From positions 608,001 to 672,000 of the forward strand of contig CAWJGT010000003.1 of the NCBI GenBank assembly GCA_963842525.1: DNA of 64,000 nucleotides, given 5' to 3'. The number at the start of each line of letters is the position of its first letter. The stretch's first letter is position 1. The position numbers and the translations under genes are program-made. The notes beneath the pieces are model-generated. The model had not been told where the DNA came from. It was given only the letters and a program-made list of their open reading frames with translations, and did not search any database. Positions 1-28,147 of the stretch are shown in pieces. The DNA is from an uncultured Holophagales bacterium. Its GTDB lineage: Bacteria; Acidobacteriota; Thermoanaerobaculia; Multivoradales; UBA5704.

Positions 1-18315
<18,315 letters not shown>

Positions 18316-18438
18316 CCAACATCAGATGAAAATAGACTGCCGTGTATACAAAGTTAGCCGGCTCTCGTCAACTGCCGAGGCGACGCCGGAGGCGTATGTG
18401 CTACCATCGCGCCGCATTTTTCGGGCGAGGATTTCGGC

Positions 18439-19659
18439 ATGAATGAAGCGCAAGAGAGCGCCCGGCCCAGGCCGGCGTCAGGGTGGGACAAACGTGTTGT
18501 TTTCGTGGTGATCCTGGCCCTCCTCGGCGCCTGGATCAGCCTGACTCTGACCAGCTTCCACCTGTCGGGCGGCCAGGGTGGGCCGGCCGTCTTCCGCAAG
18601 GTCTGCGAGATGAGCGGCGGAGGTTGCGACCAGGTTCTGCAGAGCTCCTGGGCCATGCTCCCCCGGCAGATCCCTACTGCCTTCGCCGGGCTCATCTACT
18701 TCAGCGCCATCGCCCTCTGGTATCTGGCGGTCGGGCGCCCCAACCGGGCCGGCCGCGCCTGGTATGTGCCCATCTTCGCCCTGCAGCTCCTGGGCGCCCT
18801 CTTCTCCCTGTTCCTGCTCGGGGTGATGCTCCTCCAGGTCGGGGCGTTCTGCGGGTGGTGCGCCCTCGTCCACGTCATCAACCTCGTCCTGCTCGGGCTC
18901 GCCTGGAAGCTCTGGCCGCGGGGTCCGCGGCCCGCCGGCGAGGCGGCGTGGCCGCCGGCGCGCCTCGGGCTCGCGGGCCTGCTCCTGGTGCTCGTGGTGG
19001 CCGCCTTCTGGAACGAGTGGCTCCTCGTCCGCTACTTCCAGGCGGAGGCCGCACAGTTCCGCGGCGACACCGACCTGATGCGGTATCTCCATGTCCGCAA
19101 CCCCCGGCAGGAGATTCCCCTGCGCGCGGACGACGCGGTGCGTGGCGGCGGCGCGGCAGCCCACACCATCGTGGTCTTCAGCGACTTTCAGTGCCCTTCC
19201 TGCCGGAGCTTCGCGGGCTTTTTCAAAGACGAGATCCAGCCCTCCTACGGCGACCGCCTGCGGCTGGTCTTCAAGCACCTCCCGCTCGACAAAGACTGCA
19301 ACCCGCAGCTTCCGGGAACGCTCCATGCCAACGCCTGCGAGGCCGCCTACGCCGCGGAGGCGGCGCGGGAGCTGGGAGGACCGGAGGGCTTCTGGAAGAT
19401 GCACGACGCCCTCTTCGCCCGGCAGGCGGACGTGGCGGCAGGACGCTGGGCGGAGCTGGCGGAGAGCGCCGGCCTGGACGGGGCCGCCGTTGCCGAGCGC
19501 GTCGCGCAGCGCAAACACCTCGACCGGGTCGCGGAGGACGTCCGGCTCGGAAACGACCTGAAGGTGCCAGGGACGCCCGGCATCTTCATCGACGGCCGCT
19601 TCCTGCAGGACTGGACGAGCCTCGATCTCTGGAAGGCCATCCTCGCGGCTCCGCTCTGA
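18439..19659 (+). CDS. VKOR-DsbA (thioredoxin) fusion membrane protein
   Basis: N-terminal TM helices with CxxxxxxCDxVL and FCGWC; C-terminal FSDFQCPSC and GTPGIFIDGR. Confidence 0.9.
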   Translation: MNEAQESARPRPASGWDKRVVFVVILALLGAWISLTLTSFHLSGGQGGPAVFRKVCEMSGGGCDQVLQSSWAMLPRQIPTAFAGLIYFSAIALWYLAVGRPNRAGRAWYVPIFALQLLGALFSLFLLGVMLLQVGAFCGWCALVHVINLVLLGLAWKLWPRGPRPAGEAAWPPARLGLAGLLLVLVVAAFWNEWLLVRYFQAEAAQFRGDTDLMRYLHVRNPRQEIPLRADDAVRGGGAAAHTIVVFSDFQCPSCRSFAGFFKDEIQPSYGDRLRLVFKHLPLDKDCNPQLPGTLHANACEAAYAAEAARELGGPEGFWKMHDALFARQADVAAGRWAELAESAGLDGAAVAERVAQRKHLDRVAEDVRLGNDLKVPGTPGIFIDGRFLQDWTSLDLWKAILAAPL

Positions 19660-19665
19660 TGTTTC

Positions 19666-20631
19666 ATGCGAGACCTCGAAGCTCCCTCTCTCGACGAGAT
19701 CTTCGCCGCCCGTGAGCGCCTGCGGGGTGCGGCCCTGCGCACGCCCCTGGTCCGCCTGAACGCCGAGGGGCCGGCGGGGACCGAGATCTGGCTGAAGCTG
19801 GAGAACCTGCAGCCGATCGGCTCCTTCAAGCTGCGGGGCGCCACCAACGCCATGCGCCTCGCCGGTCCGGAGCGGCTGCGCGACGGCGTCCATACGGTGA
19901 GCGCCGGCAACATGGCGCAGGGCGTGGCCTGGAGCGCTCGGGAGATGGGAATCCCGGCCACGGCGATCGTGCCTGAGCATGCTCCGGCGACCAAGCTCGC
20001 CGCCATCGAGCGCCTTGGCGGCCAAGTCCTCCGGGTCCCCTTCGACCGCTGGTGGCACGTCCTCGCCGAGCACGGCGACCCGGGGCTCCCCGGCCTGTTC
20101 ATCCACCCCGTGGCGGACCGGGCGGTGATGGCCGGCAACGGCACGGTCGCGCTGGAGATCCTCGAAGACCTGCCGGACGTGGACGCGATCCTGGTGCCCT
20201 TCGGCGGCGGCGGGCTCTCCTGCGGCATCGCCGCCACAGCCCGGGCGCTCCGCCCCGAGGTCCGGGTCTATGGCTGCGAGGTGGACACCGCGACCCCGCT
20301 CACGGCCTCCTTCGCGGCGGGCCGCTCCCAGGAAACCGAATACCGGCCGAGCTTCGTCGACGGCATCGGCGGCAAGAGCCTGATGCCCGAAATATGGCCG
20401 CTGGTCAGCCGCCTGCTGGCGGGAGCGCTCGTCGTCCCCCTCGCCGAGGTTGCCGCCACCGTCCGCCTCCTGATCGAGCGCAACCGCGTCGTCGCCGAGG
20501 GCGCCGGCGCCACCTCGGTGGCCGCGGCCCTGGCAGGTGTCGAAAACGCCCGCAAGGTCGTCTGCGTGGTCTCGGGAGGCAACATCGACACCGCCAAGAT
20601 CTGCGCGATCCTGGACGGGCGGGTGCCCTGA
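19666..20631 (+). CDS. PLP-dependent threonine/serine dehydratase family protein
   Basis: KLENLQPIGSFKLRGA, SAGNMAQG, PFGGGGL, VSGGNID. Confidence 0.9.
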   Translation: MRDLEAPSLDEIFAARERLRGAALRTPLVRLNAEGPAGTEIWLKLENLQPIGSFKLRGATNAMRLAGPERLRDGVHTVSAGNMAQGVAWSAREMGIPATAIVPEHAPATKLAAIERLGGQVLRVPFDRWWHVLAEHGDPGLPGLFIHPVADRAVMAGNGTVALEILEDLPDVDAILVPFGGGGLSCGIAATARALRPEVRVYGCEVDTATPLTASFAAGRSQETEYRPSFVDGIGGKSLMPEIWPLVSRLLAGALVVPLAEVAATVRLLIERNRVVAEGAGATSVAAALAGVENARKVVCVVSGGNIDTAKICAILDGRVP

Positions 20632-20656
20632 AGCCCGCCCGCCGGTCATCCTGCTG

Positions 20657-21985
20657 CTAGCTGCCGCCGCCGGTGCCCAGGGCCGCGCGGAGCACCTGGG
20701 CCATGGCCCGCAGATCGATGGAGATAGCCCAGAAGCTCTTGTCGTCCCACTCCTTGGCGGTCGGAATCGTATCCGCGGTGCCCGAGAAGGGCGAGCCGAC
20801 CGTGAGGCCCTGGGTGAGGACCTGGACCTGCCGGAAGTGCCGGCCGTAGGTCAGGGCGATCCCTGCCGGCAGGTCGACGGTGATTCCTGCGAAGGCGTTC
20901 TCGGTGATGTCCTCGGGCGCGACGCCGATCGTCGGATTGAGGCGCTTGAACCAGGGGACGCTCTTCTGCATGTCCCTCTTGCCCCAGACGAACGGCGTGT
21001 AGAAGAGGGTGTAGACCAGATCCTGGTCCCCCTCCTCGCCGGCTGCGATGACCGTCTGGCTGCCGACCGTGGCGAGCTTGAAGCCGGGGTTGACGAGGTC
21101 GGTCCGGGCGGCTCCCAGGGTCAGCATGCCGGTGTAGAGCGGATTGACGTTGAAGTCAAAGCTGCCGGTGGGTGTGAGCTGCGTCTGCTGGAGGACCGAG
21201 ATCTGGACCTTGCCCTGTCCCGGCGCGAAGTTCTCCAGGGTGAACTCCCGCACTTCGCAATCCGGCACCAGACCCCCCTGCCGGGTGAGAGTGGGGACCG
21301 TCTCGCCGGCGCCGAGGATCTGCACCGAGGTCACGTTGCGGAAGGCCGAGGTCCTCTCGGCCTTCATGGCAGGCAACCGTTTGTCCGCCACCACGCGGAC
21401 CTTCAAGGTGTCGTTCTCGTCGAATTTGGTATCGAGGCCCGAGACCAGGACGACACCGAGCGGCGTGACCACGATCTCCCCTTCATTCTTTTTCTCGTCG
21501 TAGCCGGCCTCATAGTTGCCCGGGCAGGTCAGAGCCAGAAGCTGGGCGAGGGTCGGATCGCTGCTCGGAGGCGTCGTCGTGCCGCCCGTCGTCGTGCCGC
21601 CGGCCCCGGGCCCGCTGTCGGGCCCGACCTGGAAGGAGCCGATGTTGGCTCCTGCAAAGGACACGGCGAGGCTGGTGCCGTTGCTCACTCCGGACTTCGG
21701 GACCACGAAGGCCGCGCTGGTCGCGCTCTGTGCGGTCGGCCCCAGGTTGGTGAGTGCGCCGCTGAGCACGAGCCCCAGGCCGGCCTGGGAACAGTCGACA
21801 CCCTGGCACTGCACGGTGACCGTGGCCTGATCCTGCGTGACGAGGTTGACCTTGCCTTGCTGCAACGTCGTCGAGGCGATCTTCTTGTCGGCCCCGATCG
21901 TAATCGTCCAGCTCTGGGCCTGCACCGCGGTCGCGCTGCAAAGGACCAGCGCGATCGCAGACCCTGCCTTCCAACATGCCCTCAT
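20657..21985 (-). CDS. Secreted hypothetical protein (signal peptide, beta-rich)
   Basis: 442-aa ORF with RBS, signal-like N-terminus (AVQA-Q), Gly/Thr linker and host-like codon use. Confidence 0.8.
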   Translation of the reverse strand: MRACWKAGSAIALVLCSATAVQAQSWTITIGADKKIASTTLQQGKVNLVTQDQATVTVQCQGVDCSQAGLGLVLSGALTNLGPTAQSATSAAFVVPKSGVSNGTSLAVSFAGANIGSFQVGPDSGPGAGGTTTGGTTTPPSSDPTLAQLLALTCPGNYEAGYDEKKNEGEIVVTPLGVVLVSGLDTKFDENDTLKVRVVADKRLPAMKAERTSAFRNVTSVQILGAGETVPTLTRQGGLVPDCEVREFTLENFAPGQGKVQISVLQQTQLTPTGSFDFNVNPLYTGMLTLGAARTDLVNPGFKLATVGSQTVIAAGEEGDQDLVYTLFYTPFVWGKRDMQKSVPWFKRLNPTIGVAPEDITENAFAGITVDLPAGIALTYGRHFRQVQVLTQGLTVGSPFSGTADTIPTAKEWDDKSFWAISIDLRAMAQVLRAALGTGGGS

Positions 21986-22005
21986 GCGTACTCCCTTCTT
22001 CCTGT

Positions 22006-23023
22006 TCAGGTGGTCGGAATGTCACAGCGCAGCGTCGCGAAGACGAGGCTCGCCGGAGTGAACACGCGCAGGTTGCTGAGCGCCGGCCCACCTTCGCCGA
22101 CGAGGAACCCGAGAAGCAGGCCCTGGTGGTCGACCAGCGCGGACCCCGAATCGCCCCCCTGCGTGAAGATGTTGACCAGGATCGCCGCATCCAGGCTCTC
22201 GGTGGGGATGGAGGCGATGGGATTGACGATGTAGCCCGCCTGGAATCCCGAGACCGCTCCGACCATCTTCACCGTCGTCCCCTGGTCTCCAGGATACGTG
22301 ATGGGCCTCCAGCCCTTGATTTGCCCGATCGTCGGGAAGCTCCGTGACCGCCGGCTGCTGAGTGTCGAGCGACACCTTGGCCGCGTCGGTTCCGGTCATC
22401 GTCCCCTGCCGCAAGCTGCCGAATTGATTGGCGCCAGGCATCGGCGAGACGAATCGGGGCGCCGGGGTGGCTCCTGGGGTGCCGGTCGGGAACTGCTGGA
22501 AGGTGGAGACGTGCATGGCCGTGATGGCTACGGTGTCGTGCGCGTCGAGGTCCGTCACCAGCGCGCCAAGAGTCCCACGCTCGCCGCCGTCCATCTGCCC
22601 GAGGCTGTCGCCTCCGCCGACCTGGCGCCGGATCGTGCCGAGCTCGATGACGTCCACGGGCAGACGGTGCTTGCCGGAGCGGACGGTCCTGGGGATCCGG
22701 GGCGTTTTGGCAGCCGCCAGCTCCGCGAGAGAAAGCTTCCGCTGCACATAGACGGTCAGGCAAGGCTCGCCCGTAGGCGCTCCGGCGCGGAGGCGGAAGC
22801 CCAGGCCCAGGCCGACCACGCCCGGGATGGCGAGAAGCTTTGCGCGCCGGGCCTCCATCAGCTCGTGCGCCCATTGCCAGTCCGGATCGACGAGGTGGGT
22901 CGGGTGCCCCGGCTTGGTGAGCCGGGCCAGGGTCCGGCGCGCGTCGGCCAGCATCTTCTGAGCCGCCGTGAGGTCCGCGACCGCCTGTTGCATCCCCTTC
23001 GGGAGCTTTGCCGTAGGATTCAT
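22006..23023 (-). CDS. Trypsin-like (NAL1-type) serine protease, frameshift near 22310
   Basis: LLAIPGVVGLGLG...LTVYVQRK pro-region, GTLGALV, TAMHV, GTDAA, QGGDSGSALV across two frames. Confidence 0.75.
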
Positions 23024-23058
23024 TGTCGACTCTTTGCCGTACCCTACTCAACCCACGC

Positions 23059-23491
23059 CATGACCCGCAAGCCCCCTCCGCCGCCCGATCCCGAGATGGG
23101 GATGTGGCAGGGTCGGTCCATCGCCCGCCGCTTCGTGTCGCCGGACGGCATGACGGTCCTCGTGGGCCGCACCGCCGAGGACAACGACATCCTCTCCCTG
23201 AAGCTCGCGGCGCCGCGCGACTTCTGGTTCCACGTGGCGGGGGAGTCGGGCTCGCACGTGGTGGTGCGCAACCCCGAGGGGCTCGATCGGCTGCCGAAGG
23301 AGACCGAGCGTTTCGCCGCCTCTCTAGCCGCCGGCTACTCCAAGGCCCGCAAAGGCGGCCGGGTCTCGGTCCATACCTGCACCTGCGCCGACGTGAGCAA
23401 GCCGCGCGGCCTCCCCGCGGGCAAGGTGGTCCTCGACCGCTTCAAGAACATCCAGGTCGCCCCCTGGCGGCCGGACATGGAAGGGGCATGA
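23059..23491 (+). CDS. NFACT RNA-binding (DUF814-like) domain protein
   Basis: [38 protein letters not shown]; ATG at 23059. Confidence 0.85.
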
Positions 23492-23795
23492 GCTCCTCGA
23501 GCCTGCACGGAGCAGGGGATCTACGAGGACATGACCTTCGACCAACCCCCGACCATGAACGTTCCGTCGCTGGCCTTGAACATCAAGGAGCGCCGCCAGC
23601 GGGGGATGCCCAGCAACCTGCAAAACCTTGCAAAGATTTTGAAGACGGCCGGCTATCTTCGCGGACGACACGTTCATCGTCCGCATCAGCGACCATGGCG
23701 ACATGGCCATGGCGCACGGGCTGCAGCGGCAGAAGATGTTCAATATGTACGAGGAGACGCTGAACATTCCGTTCATTCGTTTCCTGTTGGGCGTG
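23488..23795 (+). pseudogene. Sulfatase fragment
   Basis: Frameshifted reading ...[38 protein letters not shown] resembles the sulfatase TSDHG/YEE motifs; ends at a REP element. Confidence 0.6.
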
Positions 23796-23802
23796 GTGGG
23801 GC

Positions 23803-23918
23803 CCCTGGGACCGCGGGCGTCTCGCCCGCACAGACTTTCATCGACCGCGGCGTTGCCGCCAACCCGACGCCGGCCCGAGCGTGAGGAGAGGGCGGGCGAG
23901 ACGCCCGCGGTCCCAGGG
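23803..23918. repeat. REP-like inverted repeat pair
   Basis: Perfect 27-bp inverted repeat CCCTGGGACCGCGGGCGTCTCGCCCGC at 23803-23829 and 23892-23918. Confidence 0.9.
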
Positions 23919-24023
23919 AGAAACTCTTCGGCCAGAGACTTTCGAGTCCGGACGGTCCGGATGTCGTAGTCTCCGGGAGCCAGGGTGTGGCGAAGGAGCC
24001 GTGCAGGGTGTGGTGTAGCGCAT

Positions 24024-24132
24024 CTCCACGCAAACCGCGGCTGCTCGAAGTGCGCGACCCGGGTGCCCCGGCCGTGCACGGCCACTTCGGCGAACTGGTG
24101 GAGGACCGCGGCGGTCGGCGCGTAGAGGAGGC
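24024..24132 (-). repeat. Direct-repeat copy of the NUDIX gene 3' end (partner 28622-28730)
   Basis: 109 bp, 4 mismatches by eye; encodes [36 protein letters not shown]. Confidence 0.95.
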
Positions 24133-24161
24133 TCTCCCGGCACGATTTTGGTAGCTTCTCC

Positions 24162-24450
24162 AGATAAGCTTGCAGCGGCACGGATGAGCTTGGACGGCAT
24201 GGATAGGCGTGTCTACGGCAGAGGATGTTATCTGTTCCGGATAAGCCTGGCCGCGCTGGATAGCGTTATCTGCGCTGGATAAGCTTATCTACGCCGGATA
24301 CAGCTTATTCTGCGCCCGGATAAGCTTATCTGCGGCGGATAGCGTTCTCTGCCGCGGATACGCTTCGCTGTACCGGATACGCTGAGCTGCGCCGGATGAT
24401 CTACGCTGGCGCCGGTGACGGTCTCTGCGATGGATACGGGCTGATTGCCT
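24162..24450. repeat. Degenerate tandem array, about 19-bp palindromic unit (GGATAAGCTTATCTGCGCC)
   Basis: GGAT recurs at about 19-bp spacing (24239, 24258, 24277, 24296, 24318, 24337, 24356); core GATAAGCTTATC is a palindrome. Confidence 0.85.
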
Positions 24451-24479
24451 GCATCTGGAGGGATGCTGCGACACTGCGC

Positions 24480-24660
24480 CGCCGCCTGGCTTTGGGGGGA
24501 GGGAGCCCGGGCGGATCGCCTGCGGAGGTGGCGGGAACAGACGACGGCGCCGGCTTCGTGGCGTTGCTGGCGCGGTTGCGGCCATGGAAGGGCTGCTGCT
24601 GGAGGAACGCCTGGATCGCCTCGTTGCGGACGCAAATGCCTGCCAGCGCGGCGATGAGCC
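24480..24660 (-). pseudogene. 3' remnant of a small helical protein gene similar to 59817-60203
   Basis: Minus frame reads VRNEAIQAFLQQQPFHGRNR plus a Pro-rich tail, versus TRSEKLVQFGLKPFRGRPR plus a Pro-rich tail. Confidence 0.5.
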
Positions 24661-24679
24661 ACGGCAGTGCTCCCAGCGT

Positions 24680-25428
24680 CCCTACATACGGGGAGAGTCT
24701 TTCAGTGCGCGTAAGTTCGCGGAAACGGAGACCCTGCGGTTCGAGCCCTTACCCTGCTGGACGCATCTCACGCCGGAGCAGTATCGAGCGAAGATCGCCG
24801 ATCTGATCGCCGAGATCGAGGCTGAAGCGGCGGCCCAGAGAGAGCAGGCCGGTTGCCAGCCTCTGGGAGTCAAGGCGATCTTGCGCCAGAAGCCGACTGA
24901 TCAGCCGGTGAAGACCAAGATATCTCCTGCCCCGCTCTTTCACGCCTTCAGCCGCAAGGTCCGCAAAGAGCTCTACGAGGCTTATGGCTGGTTCGTGGCG
25001 GCGTTCCGGGAGGCGGCGGACAAGCTCAAGGCTGGAGATCGGAATGCACGGTTTCCGGTAGGGAGCTTTCCACCTCATCTTGCCGTTCGTCAGCGATCAG
25101 CCACCCCGCGGTCTCATTCCCGTGCCCGGGTAAGCCGGGCCGGTCGCCACCAACCTTCAAAGCGCCCGTCCGCCTATGCCTGCTTGGTCGGGCAGAGTTG
25201 CGCCCACAATACCTCCAGTCCGCTCCAGATCCTGACGTCCCGCGGGAAAATTCGCGTTCGCTCCTCTTTCGGTGTGTCCCGCGAGGATTGCCCGAGTGCT
25301 TCGGAAGGGTGAATGCAGCCTGACCGCAGGCGCCGGGACCTCAAGGCTTTCCAAGAAACCCCAGGCACCTATTCCGGCGCCGACCGCCAATACTCGGGGC
25401 TCCCCAAGAAACCCCAGGCACCTATTCC
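24680..25428 (+). mobile_element. 5'-truncated Y1 (IS200-like/RAYT-type) transposase remnant with conserved 3' tail
   Basis: PLPCW...YR..I..L..EIE...SPAPLFHA...YEAYGWFVAAFREAADKLKAGDRNARFPVGSFPP recalled as the C-terminal half of this family; no HUH N-terminus; tail ends in two copies of CCAAGAAACCCCAGGCACCTATTCC (25351-25375, 25404-25428). Confidence 0.7.
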
Positions 25429-25508
25429 CGGCCGCCGATCCCCCACAACTGCTTCGGCGTTATTAGATCCAGCAGTTCACGTAGCTTCATTGTTTCCGGG
25501 TCTGGCAT
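25429..25508 (-). pseudogene. Truncated cassette gene start (MPDPETMKLRELLDLITPKQLWG...)
   Basis: RBS and ATG just after attC 25534-25594; cut by the element terminal motif. Confidence 0.5.
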
Positions 25509-25533
25509 TGCGAGATCTCCGTCTTCTCTGACG

Positions 25534-25594
25534 CAGTAACGCCGCTGCCCCTCACCGGCTGCGTCAGCAGTCCGGTGCAGGGGCCGAGTGAGCC
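25534..25594 (-). other. attC site (R'' mutated to GGCTCAC)
   Basis: Minus strand GGCTCAC...GCACCGGACTGC-TGAC-GCAGCCGGTGAG...GTTACTG hairpin with an extrahelical base. Confidence 0.75.
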
Positions 25595-25678
25595 GTTTGT
25601 CTTGAAATGTCCTCGACCTTAACTTGCACCCTGCGATTTAGCGCCCGCTTTGTCACCATCTTATCTATGTAGGGTCTG

Positions 25679-26635
25679 TCAGACTGCTCTGCCACATCTG
25701 AAGCTGCACTCAAACCACACAGGCGATGAGTCCTTGGCAATTACATAGATTGCTGCTGTCACCTCTAGCTGTGCTGCGGAAAACAAGAGCACTAGCGAAT
25801 TGGTCTCGAAGACAGCCTTTGCAAAGGGTGAAAGCTTTACTGTCCTCGGATTTCTCGGATTACAGATCGAGTGTCTTAAAACCCAATCGTAATCACCTAC
25901 ATGAACCCTTTCGGGGTGCTCTACATAGGAGAGGAGGTGCTTGTTGATCTCGGGCCCGATGTCGTTGACAACCCAAGAGAGAATACCCACATCAAGAGTC
26001 TCTGCGGTCACCAATCCAATATTATCGACTGCCACGTGGACCTCGACGTTGCTCTTGGGCTCCCTCAACGAGGGCGGTGGCTGCTCGAAGGAGACAGCGG
26101 CATCAAGGGTAGGTTGCTGCTTTCTGCCAAGAATGAGATCGGACAACAAGAAGTCGGGCGCCTGTAGGGTAGACTGATTGAGCCTCAAGAAGTACTTGAG
26201 CCGCCCTGCCTCTACACAAGGGACAAGGGCCGGCGCTCTCCTCACCGCAGTTACCACAACAGGCCCAGCAGGATAATCAACAACGTGTATCCGGGGTAAA
26301 GGTGAAAGGAAGGGAGCCATATCGTGTAAATGCCCCTCCACCCACTTATCCAGGGATTCATTACCCGTTTGCAGACACGCTGAGATTTTTCTGGGCGGCT
26401 CGGAAACACCGACGATGAGTACTCCTCCTTCACTGTTGGCGAAGCCACTTATTGCTTGACGGATGGCTTTGACTGCCTCCTTACTGTTGCCCTTGTTAGT
26501 AATCTTCCCATCCTTATACTCTAGATGCTGATCCTCTTCTTGGTGGATTTCAACGAACTTCTCCAGGGTGGAACCGGAAAATTTGTAGCCACTCAGCAGG
26601 GCCTCCATGGCTTCCTGGGAATCCGTAAACGGCAT
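25679..26635 (-). CDS. Schlafen/AlbA_2-domain protein (gene cassette)
   Basis: EEDQHLEYKDG and AISGFANSEGGVLIVGVSE motifs; lower GC; flanked by attC sites. Confidence 0.8.
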   Translation of the reverse strand: MPFTDSQEAMEALLSGYKFSGSTLEKFVEIHQEEDQHLEYKDGKITNKGNSKEAVKAIRQAISGFANSEGGVLIVGVSEPPRKISACLQTGNESLDKWVEGHLHDMAPFLSPLPRIHVVDYPAGPVVVTAVRRAPALVPCVEAGRLKYFLRLNQSTLQAPDFLLSDLILGRKQQPTLDAAVSFEQPPPSLREPKSNVEVHVAVDNIGLVTAETLDVGILSWVVNDIGPEINKHLLSYVEHPERVHVGDYDWVLRHSICNPRNPRTVKLSPFAKAVFETNSLVLLFSAAQLEVTAAIYVIAKDSSPVWFECSFRCGRAV

Positions 26636-26653
26636 CTTAGAACGTCCCTATTC

Positions 26654-26712
26654 GGCTAACAATCAAAAGCTCACCGGCGACGCCAGTCGTCCGGTGAAGC
26701 GTGGGGTTATGC
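26654..26712 (-). other. attC site (59 bp)
   Basis: GCATAAC CCCAC GCTTCACCGGACGAC TGGC GTCGCCGGTGAGC TTTTGATT GTTAGCC; the upstream gene stop TAA lies within R''. Confidence 0.9.
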
Positions 26713-27379
26713 GGGCCGCCCTGGTTGGGAGCGGTTCGCGATTAAGGTGAGAATTGCCTTCATGAACTCCTGCACTGCGTCAATCCAAGGCTCTACTTCT
26801 CCCGCAGTGATAGCTTCGACTCCCTCGCTGGCATCCCTTTGAGGTGAAACTCTGTCGGCTCGATGGACGATCTGATGGCGACGCCTAATTAACTCGTCAA
26901 GCTCGGTGAATGTGTGACGAACCACGGCGGCGTCGATATTTAGACCCGCCAGAACGGTACAGATTTGGGTTGTGTCGTTGTAGGTTGTCGTCAGAAGATG
27001 CTCCTGTACCGACCTCTGGATCAGCTCCAGGACAGTTTTATCTCTATGAGCAGCCAATTTTCCAAGGAAAAACTTTTCCGGTCGACCAGATCCGCCAGAA
27101 CCAGCGATAGGAACACTGTTTGAGCGTTGTTTCGTCAGAGAAAGGGAGCAATATCATGGCGATCGAGCGAAGAAAATCTTCCAGAGTAGCGTGCACTAAC
27201 ACCACCGCTGACCTAATGATATCAGAGAAAGTATCGACAGGTTCTTGCTCGCCGCTTCGGTTGAGCAACTTCCGATAAAGTGCAATGAGCACCTTGGCTC
27301 GTGCAAGATTCTCGCTGTGCCTATCGACTTGAGTCCGTATGAACCTGATAAGTTCACGATAACTGGAAAACGCCTCCAT
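26707..27379 (-). CDS. HEPN-domain protein (RiboL-PSP-HEPN-like; gene cassette; frameshift near 27100)
   Basis: DIIRSAVVLVHATLEDFLRS and RRHQIVH (Rx4H) in two frames; ATG at 27379 after the cassette crossover at 27404. Confidence 0.75.
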
Positions 27380-27397
27380 AAAGTCCCTACTTTCACC

Positions 27398-27430
27398 GCA
27401 TAACCTCATCATGAACTTCTACCCATCCCG
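27398..27430 (-). other. Putative attI-like first crossover (G/TTATGC at 27404)
   Basis: Exact complement of the first cassette's R'' (GCATAAC); no attC hairpin seen upstream. Confidence 0.6.
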
Positions 27431-27528
27431 CCACCAACTTGCCTCGGGCCTGCTTCCGACTTCCACATCCGCGAAGACAAGGTGCATCGACATACTTCTA
27501 TGTGGTTGACCTACTTACGCTTAGAGCG

Positions 27529-27573
27529 ATTCTACGGTGCTCAACCATTTTCGTCAACGACTCAGTGGTTGAC
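27529..27573 (-). promoter_or_regulatory. Sigma70 promoter (Pc-like) with overlapping palindrome
   Basis: TTGACG (27557-27552), N17, TAGAAT (27534-27529); GTCAAC-N9-GTTGAC at 27553-27573. Confidence 0.75.
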
Positions 27574-27954
27574 CGCCTATGTAATCGGGTCATGGGATGG
27601 TCCGGTTTGCTTCGGGATTGCGACAGCGTCGGCGTAAGTCACTGAGGGTTCTAAGGTTCTCTCGCCCGAGGAGAGTGAATCTGACCGCCTAAGACGCATC
27701 TGACGAAGGTGCAGAGGAGCTTAGCCGGTCGAAAATCGGCCGTAAGGCTGCCGCGGCGTGTGCGGCCTCAGGGCTGGAAGGGTCTTCTGCCGAAGCGCTT
27801 ACAGGATCGGACCACTCCTGGGGTGTGTCGGCTTAGACGGTGACCGGCCGACCGCCTATGCCGGCAGGCAGGTGCCAGAGCTTTCTTCTGCCCCGGATGG
27901 CGTGCCTGCGGCTTGGGTCGGACTGGGGTAAAATGTGTCTCCCTCGTTGGCGGC

Positions 27955-28074
27955 TTACCGGAGGCGCTCGAGGGAACGGATCCGGGTCTCGTGGGCCGCC
28001 TGGATCAGCGCGATGTCGGCGCGGACCTGCTCTTGGAGCGCGCGTCGGCGCGCTTCGTACTCGCTGCGAGTCAT
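27955..28074 (-). CDS. Short helical hypothetical protein (39 aa, possibly prematurely stopped)
   Basis: AGGAGG RBS then MTRSEYEARRRALQEQVRADIALIQAAHETRIRSLERLR; too short for the ORF track. Confidence 0.55.
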   Translation of the reverse strand: MTRSEYEARRRALQEQVRADIALIQAAHETRIRSLERLR

Positions 28075-28147
28075 GGTGTCCTCCTGGCTTTACAACACGA
28101 GCGGAGGACGGCCGAGGTCGAGCGGTCTCCGGCGCTTCCTGGTCTCG

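Noticed and set aside
18439-20631. VKOR-DsbA and dehydratase as NRPS tailoring genes
   Set aside because: Divergently transcribed common genes; only proximity supports a link.
27432-27438. GTTGGTG as first cassette boundary
   Set aside because: Does not complement the cassette's R''; GTTATGC at 27404 does.
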